Origin: Candidatus Micrarchaeota archaeon
GTDB taxonomy: Archaea; Micrarchaeota; Micrarchaeia; CABMEP01
Assembly: GCA_964358895.1 (NCBI GenBank)
Contig: CAYHPR010000001.1
Coordinates: 9,218 to 73,217, forward strand
Reading direction: 5' to 3'
Length of the DNA stretch: 64,000 bases
Shown here: positions 24,803 through 34,989 of the stretch, in pieces
Layout: the number at the start of each line of letters is the position of its first letter
How positions within the stretch are numbered: the first letter of the stretch is position 1
Notes under the pieces: generated by a model
Seen by the model: the letters and a program-made list of their open reading frames with translations, nothing else
The model's database searches: none
Told to the model about the DNA's origin: nothing
Program-made: the position numbers and the translations under genes

Positions 24803-25825
24803 CTATTTATCTTGGCTGAGCACGTCATTTTTATCTATTTTATCTGTTTTCTTTTTCCATCCAGGATAAGTCCCTTTTTCCATAATCACTTTCTCTATTT
24901 TGACTGCTACTCCTGACTTTTCTGTGATCATATCGTTAGCATTTAACTGTGCTTTTCCAAATCCAATAAGTTCATCTTTTAACGAAAGGATAGCGACTAC
25001 GTCCCCGTCTTTAATAGATTGTTCACATTTTACTAACCCTGGAACATGAAGAGGAGCACCTGAGCAAACAGAATCTATTGCATTATCAGATATCCACACT
25101 TTTTTGTTTGTTATAAAGTCCTCTAAATTTTTTATATATCGCTTAACAAATGTATTGTCATTCTTTTCCTTCCAGAGCCAGACCGCATCTGTCAGACTAT
25201 GCAATGTGACAGAATCTTTTTCTGAAATACTACCTACTTCGATCCGCCTAAGCTCTGCCATATGTGCACCAATTCGTGATTGTTTTCCAATATCGTCAAT
25301 TAATTTTCTGATATAAGTGCCAGCCTGAACTTTTGTTTTGAAAAGTATTGATCTGCCGCAGATCTCAAGGATATCGAAAGAATGGATCTGCCGTTGTCTT
25401 GGCCTTCTTGCCACGGCAGATCTTACCGGAGGAACCTGAGTTATTTGGCCGATAAACTGGTCAACAACATTCCTAAGTTGTTTCTCAGAGATGTCCTTGT
25501 GAAACTGAGCTATTCCGACGTATTTCTTGTCTTTTGCCATCAGATATCCAGCTGCCTTCGTGGAACGATTAAGAAGAATTGGAAGAACACCTGAGACGTC
25601 TGGATCAAGAGTTCCTATATGCCCTGCCCGTTTGGCACCAATTAATTTTGCAGCTATTTCTGTAACTCTATGAGAAGTAGGTCCAGGCGGTTTGTCCAGT
25701 ATAACTACGCCTAATTCAATCATCTGTTCAACAGTTCTCTCACTCGGCCGCTTTCCATACTGCTCATCAGTATGTACATGTGACCTGTATAATATGTCTG
25801 GCTGTTCTTTTCTGACTATTGCCAT
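24803..25825 (-). CDS. cbf5: tRNA/rRNA pseudouridine synthase Cbf5 (H/ACA RNP catalytic subunit, TruB family with PUA domain)
   Basis: LDKPPGPTSHRVTEIAAKLIGAKRAGHIGTLDPDVSGVLPI (TruB catalytic Asp motif) plus a C-terminal PUA-like region. 340 aa. Confidence 0.85.
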   Translation of the reverse strand: MAIVRKEQPDILYRSHVHTDEQYGKRPSERTVEQMIELGVVILDKPPGPTSHRVTEIAAKLIGAKRAGHIGTLDPDVSGVLPILLNRSTKAAGYLMAKDKKYVGIAQFHKDISEKQLRNVVDQFIGQITQVPPVRSAVARRPRQRQIHSFDILEICGRSILFKTKVQAGTYIRKLIDDIGKQSRIGAHMAELRRIEVGSISEKDSVTLHSLTDAVWLWKEKNDNTFVKRYIKNLEDFITNKKVWISDNAIDSVCSGAPLHVPGLVKCEQSIKDGDVVAILSLKDELIGFGKAQLNANDMITEKSGVAVKIEKVIMEKGTYPGWKKKTDKIDKNDVLSQDK

Positions 25826-25826
25826 A

Positions 25827-26042
25827 CTATACTTTTGCCAGTGCTGCTTTTATTTGTTCCTCAGATTTAGGATCTACTTTCTTTTCCGTTGGAGTGAGAT
25901 GTGACATATTCGCCTTTCTTGCGTTTTTTCTGTTTTTAGTCACAATTTCAACAAATTTGTTATCTAAAACGTTGATCACTACACAATTATTTCCTTTATC
26001 TCTTCCCATGCCCATAACACATACTCTTCCTGGTTCCATCAT
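25827..26042 (-). CDS. rpl14e: 50S ribosomal protein L14e (KOW fold)
   Basis: MMEPGRVCVMGMGRDKGNNCVVINVLDNKFVEIV... The ORF-track TTG start at 26078 was replaced by the in-frame ATG-ATG. Confidence 0.75.
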   Translation of the reverse strand: MMEPGRVCVMGMGRDKGNNCVVINVLDNKFVEIVTKNRKNARKANMSHLTPTEKKVDPKSEEQIKAALAKV

Positions 26043-26053
26043 TTCAATCACCT

Positions 26054-26107
26054 GAACTTTTACAAAAAGTTCAATCAAAACTATAAAAACTTTTTAGAAA
26101 AAAGTTT
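26054..26107. promoter_or_regulatory. two tandem palindromic BRE/TATA-like elements (GAACTTTTacAAAAAGTTC and AAACTTTTTagAAAAAAGTTT) upstream of L14e
   Basis: The proximal palindrome centre is about 21 nt from the ATG. The distal copy lies about 34 nt further upstream. Confidence 0.45.
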
Positions 26108-26118
26108 CACAAAAAATC

Positions 26119-26646
26119 TTATTTCTTTAATCTATTCTCGTAAGCACAGATAATAATGTTTGCTATTTGATCGGGAGTGTAATTTTCTGTACTAATAACT
26201 AAATCAAAAATCGAATGATCGAAGATATCGACACCGTATATGGCCATATAACGACCTCGATTGTGAAAATCTCGTTTTTTAACATGATTCAATGCTTCTT
26301 TCAAAGACAGATTGTCTCGCTTAGCTATTCTTGTTGCACGTACCTCTGGCCCTGCTTCCAACCAGACTCTGAGCTTAGCATCATTGATTTGCCAAGGCGC
26401 AAGCCATGTTGAAACAACACTATTTGTCTTTCTGGCTTCTTTTACTATCTGTTTATCGAATTCAATATCAATAGTCATATCCTTCTCAGCATATTTATGG
26501 TATTCAAGCAACGGGATGTTGAGCTGTTTAGCAACATCTTTGAAGGATAGTTTAACTCTTTGAAAATCTAATTCTTCGGAAACTTTATCAGCAACTGTAT
26601 CTTTTCCAGCTCCAACCAAACCCGAAATACAAATAATATCTGACAT
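26119..26646 (-). CDS. cmk: cytidylate kinase, archaeal type
   Basis: P-loop ICISGLVGAGKDTVA and 175-aa length. Conserved neighbourhood secY-adk-DUF106-cmk-L14e-cbf5. Confidence 0.8.
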   Translation of the reverse strand: MSDIICISGLVGAGKDTVADKVSEELDFQRVKLSFKDVAKQLNIPLLEYHKYAEKDMTIDIEFDKQIVKEARKTNSVVSTWLAPWQINDAKLRVWLEAGPEVRATRIAKRDNLSLKEALNHVKKRDFHNRGRYMAIYGVDIFDHSIFDLVISTENYTPDQIANIIICAYENRLKK

Positions 26647-26739
26647 ATAGACACCTACTAGAAACCTGCGGTTTCTAGGATTTCCCTTTCTTCTGACTTC
26701 CTATTTTTCAGTTCTTAGTAATTTGTCTCTAAATTTAGC

Positions 26740-27240
26740 TTATTCATTTTCTTTCTTCTTTTTATTTTGTTCTTTCAGGTGATTGTAAATCAATTGAGTT
26801 ATTCCTCCAAAAAATATGAAAGACAGCCAATACCATCCGTAAGATCCGAAGGTATCTCTCCATTCAATAAGTTCTGTTGGGCTTCTGAAAGGAATTGGAA
26901 GCTTGAATGGCAACACAATCTCAAATACAGGAACAAATATACGTATGAGATATGGAACAACGAACGCTAAAGGAAGTACTACTGCCATCGATTTCAAGGA
27001 TAATGTGATTGATTCGAAAGACATTTGCTGAGACTTTTTGAGCTCAGGTTCAAGTTCGTCAAGCTTCTTTGAATCTTTTCTCTTAAGAGCCTCGAAATAT
27101 TCTTTGTTAACTTTGTTCGTGAATGCTTGTATCTCTTTCATTCTTGTGCTTATTCCTAACTTTTCAAGGATAATGGCCGTCGCTAAAGATGCAGATATAG
27201 CAACTACTGTAATTCCTCCTGCTACCAACCCATCTACCAT
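26740..27240 (-). CDS. DUF106-family membrane protein (archaeal YidC/Oxa1/EMC3-like insertase homolog)
   Basis: TM1, then a charged coiled-coil (KEYFEALKRKDSKKLDELEPELKK), then two further TMs. Sits in the conserved position between adk and cmk. Confidence 0.65.
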   Translation of the reverse strand: MVDGLVAGGITVVAISASLATAIILEKLGISTRMKEIQAFTNKVNKEYFEALKRKDSKKLDELEPELKKSQQMSFESITLSLKSMAVVLPLAFVVPYLIRIFVPVFEIVLPFKLPIPFRSPTELIEWRDTFGSYGWYWLSFIFFGGITQLIYNHLKEQNKKKKENE

Positions 27241-27288
27241 AATAATTCACCTACATTTAATTAGAACAAATAGTTATTTCTTTATGTG

Positions 27289-27864
27289 TTATTTCTCCCA
27301 TCCAATGTTATGGAGAATTGATTTAAAGTCATTTGAAGTTTCATCAAGCTTACCATCTATATTTTGAATAATATAAAATGGTGAACCAGATTTTGCTGCA
27401 TACGAACCGATTAAAACTTTGGACAACAGACGATATTCATCTATCTCAACCTTGCTCAGATAGATTCTTTCACGTGTCTTGTCACTTATTCTTCTTGCAA
27501 TTATTTGATCCGAAGGAGCATCGATGAAAATGAATCCGTCAATTTTAATCTTCTGAAAGAATAATGGGTGAAGACCCGCAATGTATCCGAGCGGTTTTCT
27601 TCGGAGTATTGCATGCGTATCGACTATAGTTTTTGGTTTATTAGCAATCTTTGAAAGCTTCTTAACAACTGCATCCTGCAGCTTCAAATGCTCTTTGACT
27701 GGCAAATCAATAATACTGTCTCTATTCTTCTTTGCTATTTCTGCAACTATGTCTCCGTAATTAATGAGCGTAATTTTTGAGCTAATTTTTTTCATTGCTG
27801 CTTTCACAACAGATGACTTACCAACACCGGGCAGACCCATGACAACTAATACCATATATACCAA
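27289..27864 (-). CDS. adkA: adenylate kinase, archaeal type (AdkA)
   Basis: P-loop MGLPGVGKSSV. About 190 aa. Located immediately downstream of secY. Confidence 0.8.
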   Translation of the reverse strand: MVYMVLVVMGLPGVGKSSVVKAAMKKISSKITLINYGDIVAEIAKKNRDSIIDLPVKEHLKLQDAVVKKLSKIANKPKTIVDTHAILRRKPLGYIAGLHPLFFQKIKIDGFIFIDAPSDQIIARRISDKTRERIYLSKVEIDEYRLLSKVLIGSYAAKSGSPFYIIQNIDGKLDETSNDFKSILHNIGWEK

Positions 27865-27877
27865 ACACTCTTCGTAT

Positions 27878-29329
27878 TTATCCTTCTAAGAATTTCTGAA
27901 CAGATGGATACATCTCGAATAACTTTTGCTGTTTGAAATCTTCGTAAAACTTATGGATAATCCCAACAGTCAACAGAATTCCCGTTCCTCCTCCAATTGC
28001 ACCAGTGAGATCGGCTAGAACTGCGAGAAGGCCTACGAAAAGACTTCCGAGTATTGTAATTGTTGAGATATATTTCTGAAGGATTGACTCGATTATACGT
28101 GGATCTCTGCGGAAACCTGGAACTTGCATTCCGGTCTTAGTTATTTGATCAGCAATTGCAGATGGACCCATACCTGCTGCTTCTATCCAGAATCTGCCGA
28201 AGAAAACACAGGCTGTCACATAAATTAATGCATATAAAATTACATGAACAAATTCAGGAATTCCGAAAATAGGTGTTGAACCGGCGAGTGTTGCAAGATA
28301 ACCCTCATACCCAATGAATAAGGGGTTCTGGAAGGAGGTGATCATGTAAAGGATTCCATCATGGATAAATCCGTCTGGTCCAACATATCCAATTACTTGT
28401 GCAATGTTAGTGCCACCTACCATCCAATTTGCATTTGTAAGAAACGATCGTGCAAGAAGCTGAACGTTAAGTAAAAGTGCAGACGTAAGGATTACAGGTA
28501 GAACTGAAACATACAGAAGCTTGACTGGAAAACTACTTCCGAATCCTCTCACGCGATCAAACGCAAGTGGTATCTGAACTTTCACTTCCTCTGCATACAA
28601 TGAGACAATAATAATGATAAAAGTAAATACGATCGGAAGGAAGGATATAATTGCGTTAGGTATTGCCGTTGCACCACCTTGAGCAAGACGTCCAACAACC
28701 GTCAACCCAACATCAATGCCTCCTCCACCAAATATTAACGTGATTCCTCCTTGAACAACTGCAAGCGAGACTCCTGCAGCAATAAACAAGCTGATGCCTG
28801 AACCGATCCCATACTTAGATACAACTTCATCAAGGAAAATCAATAAGACCGATGCAAGTGCTACTTGTAGGATTATAATCCCCATCAGTATAGACGGGTC
28901 AATTCCGAGTGTTGTTGAAGGAACCAAATAAACTCCTGGAAGAATGAAGAGTATTGACTCGATAAATGCAAGCGCTATTCCCAATACTTTCTGCGTCGCT
29001 GAGAACAGTTGTTTGTCAGCTGGATCTTGCATATTTACATCAATTATCTTTGCTCCTGCAAAAAGTTGCAAAAAGATTGATGCAAGGATTATTGGACCGA
29101 TACCTATTGTAAGAAGAGTACCCGTTCTAGAAGCTAGAACTACCTGAATAAATTCAATAAATTGACCACCCCTCAGTTCACCACCGAATGGGATGATGTG
29201 GTACATTATGAAAAAGATAAGAAGAACTAGTGATGTCCAGATTATTTTTTCTCGCAAGACAGGTGTCTTTGTCGGCGTCTTGACTTCTGGCAGCAGCGGA
29301 ATAAGTGGTTTGATAAAATCCAAGCGCAT
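27878..29329 (-). CDS. secY: preprotein translocase subunit SecY
   Basis: 483 aa with 10 TM segments and the conserved plug/TM2 region. Positioned after L15 as in all prokaryotic r-protein clusters. Confidence 0.9.
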   Translation of the reverse strand: MRLDFIKPLIPLLPEVKTPTKTPVLREKIIWTSLVLLIFFIMYHIIPFGGELRGGQFIEFIQVVLASRTGTLLTIGIGPIILASIFLQLFAGAKIIDVNMQDPADKQLFSATQKVLGIALAFIESILFILPGVYLVPSTTLGIDPSILMGIIILQVALASVLLIFLDEVVSKYGIGSGISLFIAAGVSLAVVQGGITLIFGGGGIDVGLTVVGRLAQGGATAIPNAIISFLPIVFTFIIIIVSLYAEEVKVQIPLAFDRVRGFGSSFPVKLLYVSVLPVILTSALLLNVQLLARSFLTNANWMVGGTNIAQVIGYVGPDGFIHDGILYMITSFQNPLFIGYEGYLATLAGSTPIFGIPEFVHVILYALIYVTACVFFGRFWIEAAGMGPSAIADQITKTGMQVPGFRRDPRIIESILQKYISTITILGSLFVGLLAVLADLTGAIGGGTGILLTVGIIHKFYEDFKQQKLFEMYPSVQKFLEG

Positions 29330-29345
29330 TTGTTAACTCACCGAT

Positions 29346-29804
29346 TTATTCTGGTTGTTTACCTTCTGCCTTTTGGCCTTTCATCTTATTTTCCATTAAT
29401 TCAATTTTTCCTCCTGCTGATTCAATCTTTTGTTTTGCAGATTCTGAAAATGCCCGTGCTTTAACATTGACTGCGACATCAATTTTACCTGTTCCAAGAA
29501 CTTTGCCATCAAAAGCAAGGTTTGACATTCCTGTTGTCTTTTCAAGTCTACCTGCTTTCGCCCATTGTGAGATAAGATCGACATTAATAAAATCAAGCGG
29601 TGGTTTTGCAGTTGGTCTGACAAATCCAAACTTACCAAAATGGTCTGGTTCATATTTAACTATCCAAGTCCATCTATGCTTACCGGATCCAGCATAACCT
29701 CTGCCACCTCGGGATCCAGTCCCTCGTCTATTCTTGGTATTACCTGCGCCCCAATTTCGGCTTCCTAAATATTTTTTCCATTTTCTTGGATGTCTTCGTG
29801 CCAT
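29346..29804 (-). CDS. rpl15: 50S ribosomal protein L15 (uL15)
   Basis: MARRHPRKWKKYLGSRNWGAGNTKNRRGTGSRGGRGYAGSGKHRW... Confidence 0.85.
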   Translation of the reverse strand: MARRHPRKWKKYLGSRNWGAGNTKNRRGTGSRGGRGYAGSGKHRWTWIVKYEPDHFGKFGFVRPTAKPPLDFINVDLISQWAKAGRLEKTTGMSNLAFDGKVLGTGKIDVAVNVKARAFSESAKQKIESAGGKIELMENKMKGQKAEGKQPE

Positions 29805-29889
29805 AACAACAACCTACGGTTTTTGTATTTCCTAGTTATTTATCTACTACAGTTTTTGTATTTCCCTAATTAATAATTTTCATATCTAA
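29805..29889 (-). repeat. L30-L15 intercistronic spacer with two copies of the conserved leader element
   Basis: Plus-strand copies at 29805-29835 and 29846-29868 (ctac(a/g)gtttttgtatttcc(c)tag). Confidence 0.5.
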
Positions 29890-30312
29890 CTACATCATTC
29901 GGTCTAACAATTGATTGATATTTTCTCCACGGAACCCGTTTGCACCTTTAGGATAGACTCCTTTCATCATTTTCCATCCCTTTCTTGGAGGGTTAAGCCT
30001 GAATACTGGCTTGATGCCGGTTGGCTCATTCTTTTCGATTGCTGAAACGACTTTTTTAACCATGTCCGTTGTAACTCGTTTATCCCCTGACAATCTCCCT
30101 CTCTTTTCAACAAGATCGGCAAGTGTCTCTTTGGAGATAGGACCCCATGTAACAAAATCCTTGCAAACATTAAGCATCCCCTTTAGAGATACTGACTCAT
30201 TAACAAGCACGCAGTGATTCTTTCTCGTAAGTCTCAATAAATGGATAGTTGTCTTAATCTCTGGTTTCATACCTGAAAGGCCTCGGACTAAAACAATTGC
30301 TAGTAATACCAT
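29890..30312 (-). CDS. rpl30: 50S ribosomal protein L30 (uL30)
   Basis: MVLLAIVLVRGLSGMKPEIKTTIHLLRL... archaeal long form of 140 aa. Confidence 0.8.
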   Translation of the reverse strand: MVLLAIVLVRGLSGMKPEIKTTIHLLRLTRKNHCVLVNESVSLKGMLNVCKDFVTWGPISKETLADLVEKRGRLSGDKRVTTDMVKKVVSAIEKNEPTGIKPVFRLNPPRKGWKMMKGVYPKGANGFRGENINQLLDRMM

Positions 30313-30395
30313 ATTCTCACATTTTATTTTCTTATTTTATTTCTCATTTATTTCTTAGTTCATCATTCTTATTTGCTTACTCTAGCAGCATAATC

Positions 30396-31058
30396 TTACG
30401 ACCATTCCTGCTTAATCCTAATCTGATTTAATTGATCGATTGCATCGACAACTGCTCTCGCAATGTTGAAACGATTTCTTGTTCTTCCTTCTGCCTTTGT
30501 CCACACATCACGAATACCTGCAAGCTGCAATACTTTTCTAACAATTTTATTTGCGACAATGCCTGTTCCGCGTGGAGCTGGTATAAGCATAACCCTAACA
30601 CCACCATGACGTCCCGTCACTCTGATTGGAAGACTGTGCTTCGTTCCACAGGCACACTGTGCAGATCCACAACCTAGGTTAGTATGAACAACATTAATCT
30701 TGGCGTCTTTGATAGCAGTTTCAATTGCTGGCCTAACTTCATCAGCTTTCCCTTGACCAATTGAAATGAATTTTTCTTGATCACCAATAACTACGACAGC
30801 TCTGTATTTGGATTTTCTTCCAGAATCAGTCATTCTCTGTGTTGTTGAGAGCTCAACTGTTTCTTGCTGAATGTTTGGAACTAAATAATCAACAATTTCT
30901 GATTCAAGGATCTTTTTCCCTTTTGCTAAAACCTCTTCAAGTGATGTGATCTCCTTTTCCTTTACGGCTCTTCCTATCGCAGTTCTTGGAACCCATGAAT
31001 CTATGGCTGCCTGATCAATTGCAGATGTCCGCTTCATTTTTCCTCGTCTTAGTTTCAT
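30396..31058 (-). CDS. rps5: 30S ribosomal protein S5 (uS5)
   Basis: dsRBD-like N-domain and C-terminal GTGIVANKIVRKVLQLAGIRDVW... Confidence 0.9.
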   Translation of the reverse strand: MKLRRGKMKRTSAIDQAAIDSWVPRTAIGRAVKEKEITSLEEVLAKGKKILESEIVDYLVPNIQQETVELSTTQRMTDSGRKSKYRAVVVIGDQEKFISIGQGKADEVRPAIETAIKDAKINVVHTNLGCGSAQCACGTKHSLPIRVTGRHGGVRVMLIPAPRGTGIVANKIVRKVLQLAGIRDVWTKAEGRTRNRFNIARAVVDAIDQLNQIRIKQEWS

Positions 31059-31094
31059 TTTATCATTTCCCCTTATCGATTATTCTTAATGATT

Positions 31095-31688
31095 TTACTC
31101 TTTCATTATCTTTTGCTTAACGTCATTAAACAACTGTTCAATATTCTCAGGTTTAACTCCGGCCTTAATATAATCACCAAACTGCAGTTTATACTTGTCA
31201 CTGCCAGCTATTGATTTAGCGTAATCAGCTATGTGCTTTCCATTAACTCTTGATTCATCAACTTTAATTTCACCAGCTGGGATCTCAACGCCTGCATCTT
31301 TGAATCCTTTTAATGTTGCAAATATGAAGGAACCCTTTCCTGGCGATGAAAGACCGCTATCGAGGATTGCATTCTTTACTTTCTTTTTAATTGCCGTTCT
31401 TCCGCATAAAAGACCTACTAAATATGCAGTTGGAAGATTTGCTCTTGGATGCCAACCAAACTTTTTCAAATCAGCAGAATTAACGCTGAATATTGTTTTG
31501 TCGAACTTTTCGTTGTATTCAACTATATGTGAAACTATGCTTCTATTTGACTTTCTAACAACAAATCTCGCAATACCGGACTTGAGCAGAGCTAACCTCT
31601 TTCTGTAATTAGTAACGCCGTTTCTTCTGCGTTTAAATGCAACAATATACGTTGGTCCGGTTGCTTTTGACATAAATTCCACACACAT
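31095..31688 (-). CDS. rpl18: 50S ribosomal protein L18 (uL18)
   Basis: ...FKRRRNGVTNYRKRLALLKSG... Confidence 0.85.
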   Translation of the reverse strand: MCVEFMSKATGPTYIVAFKRRRNGVTNYRKRLALLKSGIARFVVRKSNRSIVSHIVEYNEKFDKTIFSVNSADLKKFGWHPRANLPTAYLVGLLCGRTAIKKKVKNAILDSGLSSPGKGSFIFATLKGFKDAGVEIPAGEIKVDESRVNGKHIADYAKSIAGSDKYKLQFGDYIKAGVKPENIEQLFNDVKQKIMKE

Positions 31689-31712
31689 TTTCTAAATATT
31701 TTTAAACATACA

Positions 31713-32165
31713 TCAGACTTTTGCTTTTAGATAACCCTTCTCCTTTAGATAATTTGTAAGGTGAGCTCTGTCTGGAAATTCGCCACCTTTTATCTTGTAA
31801 TAAACCATCCTGAATCCACTTGTGAGCATATTCTTTGTTCTCAAATTTTTCAACAGTTCACGCTGAGCACGTATACGATTCATCCATGCTTTCTTTCCGC
31901 CCATTCTAGTCTTACCAGTTCCATGGCGCTTTCCTTGTCCGGATCTTCGGCCCTTTCTTCTTTTTGTATCATGAATACGTCCACTGACACGCGGCACTCC
32001 TTTAACTTGCGGAGCAGTAATGTAACCAAGTCTGATTAATCGTCTTACATCGTCTTTTGTAACTGCTTTTGCTATCTCAGTAAGCTGCGATGGATCAATC
32101 CAAACTCTTGATTCACCTACCTTAAGCAAATCAGCGGACATTCTTCTTAACGTTTTCATAGACAT
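31713..32165 (-). CDS. rpl19e: 50S ribosomal protein L19e
   Basis: ...LLKVGESRVWIDPSQLTEIAKAVTKDDVRRLIRLGYI.. Start set at the ATG preceded by GTGATATTT. Confidence 0.85.
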   Translation of the reverse strand: MSMKTLRRMSADLLKVGESRVWIDPSQLTEIAKAVTKDDVRRLIRLGYITAPQVKGVPRVSGRIHDTKRRKGRRSGQGKRHGTGKTRMGGKKAWMNRIRAQRELLKNLRTKNMLTSGFRMVYYKIKGGEFPDRAHLTNYLKEKGYLKAKV

Positions 32166-32189
32166 AAATATCACTTATCATACTTGTAA

Positions 32190-32621
32190 TTACTGTTTTA
32201 CAACCGGTTGTGACTGTGTTTGTTTTGCTGGTTGTATTGGTTGTGGTTTAGCTGGTTGCGGTTGAACTGACACATTTTTTTCTTTCGTTTCAACTGCACT
32301 ATTAAGCACACGTAACTTCATTGACTTTGCCTTTTCAAGAATCACCATCTTTTTCTTTGAACCAACTGATGCGGCAATTCGGATAACTACGTTTGATGCG
32401 CCACTGAGATCTGCTAAGTTTCTGACAAGTAGCTCTCTCAAACCAGATGGATGGATATCACGTTGATCACGTGGGGAACGCCAGCCTATGGTTGGCGATG
32501 CACCCATGATTTTCTTAGAAATTCTCTTCTTATTGTCAATACCCATTGGTTTTCTCCATCTTTCCTTGACTCTCTTCTTTCTTCCGAAATTCGGAGGTAA
32601 AAACTTTGGATGTTTTCTCAT
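32190..32621 (-). CDS. rpl32e: 50S ribosomal protein L32e with Q/P-rich C-terminal tail
   Basis: MRKHPKFLPPNFGRKKRVKERWRKPMGIDNKKR... The tail is ...QPQPAKPQPIQPAKQTQSQPVVKQ. Confidence 0.85.
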   Translation of the reverse strand: MRKHPKFLPPNFGRKKRVKERWRKPMGIDNKKRISKKIMGASPTIGWRSPRDQRDIHPSGLRELLVRNLADLSGASNVVIRIAASVGSKKKMVILEKAKSMKLRVLNSAVETKEKNVSVQPQPAKPQPIQPAKQTQSQPVVKQ

Positions 32622-32652
32622 AAATATCACAAATTATTGTACTAATCATTAT

Positions 32653-33153
32653 TTATTCAACTGGATATATCCCATCCTGAAAAACACGCGGATCTTTTTG
32701 CTTGATGTGCGTTGCTGTTCTTAGGTTAGCAGCAGTCTGACCAACTGCGTACTTATCCGGTCCAGTTATGGTTATGAATTCTTTCTCAATTTTAACAACT
32801 GTGTCTCCAACAATCTCTGCGATTCTAGGAATTTTCTCTCCGAGAAAATTCTTGATGGATATTACTTTCCCTTTAATTTCAATAGTCATTGGAAAATGAA
32901 CATAAAGAATCTGTAGCTTTTTCTTGTGACCTTCTGTGACACCTTTCTCTGCAGCTTTAACTAACGCAATGGTTGTATTTACCTTCTCTTTGCCCATAGA
33001 ACTAATTGATATATCCTGACCAGCAATATGGATATCAACTGCAGGGATAACGATTCTTGCTTTTCCTTTTGGCCCAGTCACAACTAGATCTTTGTTAGCT
33101 AGCGAAATGCTGACACCAGATTGAAGTGTTAATTTTTCTTCCATATTCATCAT
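32653..33153 (-). CDS. rpl6: 50S ribosomal protein L6 (uL6)
   Basis: Two-domain L6 pattern, ...KLTLQSGVSISLANKDLVVTGPKG... Confidence 0.85.
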   Translation of the reverse strand: MMNMEEKLTLQSGVSISLANKDLVVTGPKGKARIVIPAVDIHIAGQDISISSMGKEKVNTTIALVKAAEKGVTEGHKKKLQILYVHFPMTIEIKGKVISIKNFLGEKIPRIAEIVGDTVVKIEKEFITITGPDKYAVGQTAANLRTATHIKQKDPRVFQDGIYPVE

Positions 33154-33157
33154 CCAT

Positions 33158-33541
33158 TTAGTAAACGTAAGCGATTAGTCTTCCTCCTGATTTAAGCTCG
33201 CGGATCTCCTTATTTGTAACAAGACCTTTTGGAGTTGAAATTATGACGATTCCGAAATCTTTAGATGGCAGGTATTGTTCTTCGACATCTGCAATCTGCG
33301 TCTGCTTAATTGCAAATCTTGGATTCACAACTGCACAATCATTTATCGGTCCGAGTCCGTTAACTGTGTAAAACCCTCCTTTGCTGTCCTTCACGAATTC
33401 GAAGCCCTTCAGATAACCTTCACGCTGGAGAAGATTGAGAACATCTCCGATTAATTTAGATGCCGGAACTTTGCATTCATCCTTCCCGGCTCTTCTGTGA
33501 ACTTTTATTATATTCAATGTTTCTGCTAATAAATCAGCCAT
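33158..33541 (-). CDS. rps8: 30S ribosomal protein S8 (uS8)
   Basis: MADLLAETLNIIKVHRRAGKDECKVPASKLIGDVLNLLQREGYLKGFEFV... Confidence 0.85.
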   Translation of the reverse strand: MADLLAETLNIIKVHRRAGKDECKVPASKLIGDVLNLLQREGYLKGFEFVKDSKGGFYTVNGLGPINDCAVVNPRFAIKQTQIADVEEQYLPSKDFGIVIISTPKGLVTNKEIRELKSGGRLIAYVY

Positions 33542-33549
33542 AGTATCAT

Positions 33550-33717
33550 CTATTGTCCTCCAAATTTCTTGAAACCAATTCTTTCTCCTACTTCTCTAAA
33601 GCAACGTCTGCAGATGTACAATCCGTACTTTCTTATCATACCTCTAGGAGTACCACAAAGTTTACATATTCTTTTTCCTTTACCCTTAAATGCGATCTGC
33701 AATCTTTTTTCATTCAT
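33550..33717 (-). CDS. rps14: 30S ribosomal protein S14 type Z (uS14, Zn-binding)
   Basis: Hand-translated 54-aa [58 protein letters not shown] with CxxC...CxxC. Its start overlaps the L5 stop (ATGAATGA). Confidence 0.8.
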   Translation of the reverse strand: MNEKRLQIAFKGKGKRICKLCGTPRGMIRKYGLYICRRCFREVGERIGFKKFGGQ

Positions 33718-34216
33718 AAACATTCACCTTGAAATTTTTTGTAAGAAATTCAATTGTCTCATCAGGTTTGACTCGATGCCTTAATGGAAGTGTTGATTTT
33801 TTTCTCCTTCTTAGCATAACTCTCCTACCTGGCCTAACCATTGTTACAGCAATATCAAATCCAATAATACCTATCGTTGGATCATATTTTGCACCTGGGA
33901 AATCGATATATTCTCTGATTCCGAATGCAAAATTTCCTAATTTATCTATTGATCGGCTATTGAGCTGTAAGTCAACTGCATCAAATGCTCTCTTGAGGAA
34001 TTCCGTTGCTTCTTCTCCTCTAAGTGTGATCTTTGCTCCTATAGTATCTCCTTTTCTAATCTTAAATACCTGTTCTCTCTGTCTTGCTTTTGTGAGAGCA
34101 GCAGTTCTTCCAGTAATTCTTTCAATAACTTTTTTGGCCTTCTGGAGTCTGTCTCCGGTCTCGCCTACGCCGACATTCACTGTAACTTTTTCAACTTTGA
34201 GATCTGTCATTGTCAT
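33710..34216 (-). CDS. rpl5: 50S ribosomal protein L5 (uL5)
   Basis: ...[19 protein letters not shown]...[14 protein letters not shown]... Start moved to MTMTDLK because the upstream 24 nt are the conserved intercistronic leader. Confidence 0.85.
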   Translation of the reverse strand: MTMTDLKVEKVTVNVGVGETGDRLQKAKKVIERITGRTAALTKARQREQVFKIRKGDTIGAKITLRGEEATEFLKRAFDAVDLQLNSRSIDKLGNFAFGIREYIDFPGAKYDPTIGIIGFDIAVTMVRPGRRVMLRRRKKSTLPLRHRVKPDETIEFLTKNFKVNVYE

Positions 34217-34262
34217 GTAACAACCTACGGTTTTTACCATTTCCTAATCATTTATTTCTCTA

Positions 34263-34946
34263 TCAGAATTTCTGATCCCCTATTGGAAATATGTAAGACT
34301 TTAGCGTTGTATAAGTCTCGTTTCCAATTTTACATTTAACTTCTGGAATGCGTGTTGCACTTCCAGGGATTATTTCTTCAATTTTTCCAGTCTTACCTAC
34401 GTGCTTTCCACCTACGATAATGCAAGCTGCACCTTCCTTTAACGGATTGCACGCTTTAGCCTTACCGTCAGGAATTGAAATTGTGATACTGTCGCCAACA
34501 TTGCAAGAAAAATCAACTACAGTTCTGCCGTCATGTAAAGAGAGTTGTATCTTTCCGCCTTTCGATCTGAATTTTCTTTCCACTCTACAAAGTTTAACGT
34601 TTGGATTTCCTGTTTCAGCAAAAACAAGTCTCCCTTTTTCATCATAAAGTGCTCTCCACTTTTTGTCACCAACTGAAATTATATCCATTAGTCCTATTGG
34701 GTGCTTAAGTTCAGTTGTAACTATTCCATCAAGCTTAACTGTTCGTTCGTTTAGAATGACCTTAGACTCACGGTTTGTATCTGAAACTCCGAGTTCTTTA
34801 AGAACAAATGACAATGGAACTGCAGAAGCAATGCTATGCTTTCCAGGCAATGCTCTTTGTAGCCATACTCTCTGCTTTCTTCCTGTTTTAACTACCTTAG
34901 AAGCAGCCAACAATTTCAAGTGTTTTGTTCCACCACGTTTCGCCAT
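34263..34946 (-). CDS. rps4e: 30S ribosomal protein S4e
   Basis: MAKRGGTKHLKLLAASKVVKTGRKQRVWLQRALPG... with S4 and KOW domains. Confidence 0.85.
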   Translation of the reverse strand: MAKRGGTKHLKLLAASKVVKTGRKQRVWLQRALPGKHSIASAVPLSFVLKELGVSDTNRESKVILNERTVKLDGIVTTELKHPIGLMDIISVGDKKWRALYDEKGRLVFAETGNPNVKLCRVERKFRSKGGKIQLSLHDGRTVVDFSCNVGDSITISIPDGKAKACNPLKEGAACIIVGGKHVGKTGKIEEIIPGSATRIPEVKCKIGNETYTTLKSYIFPIGDQKF

Positions 34947-34989
34947 ATAGACACCTACAATTTCTATTATTTCCTTATCTCCTAATCAT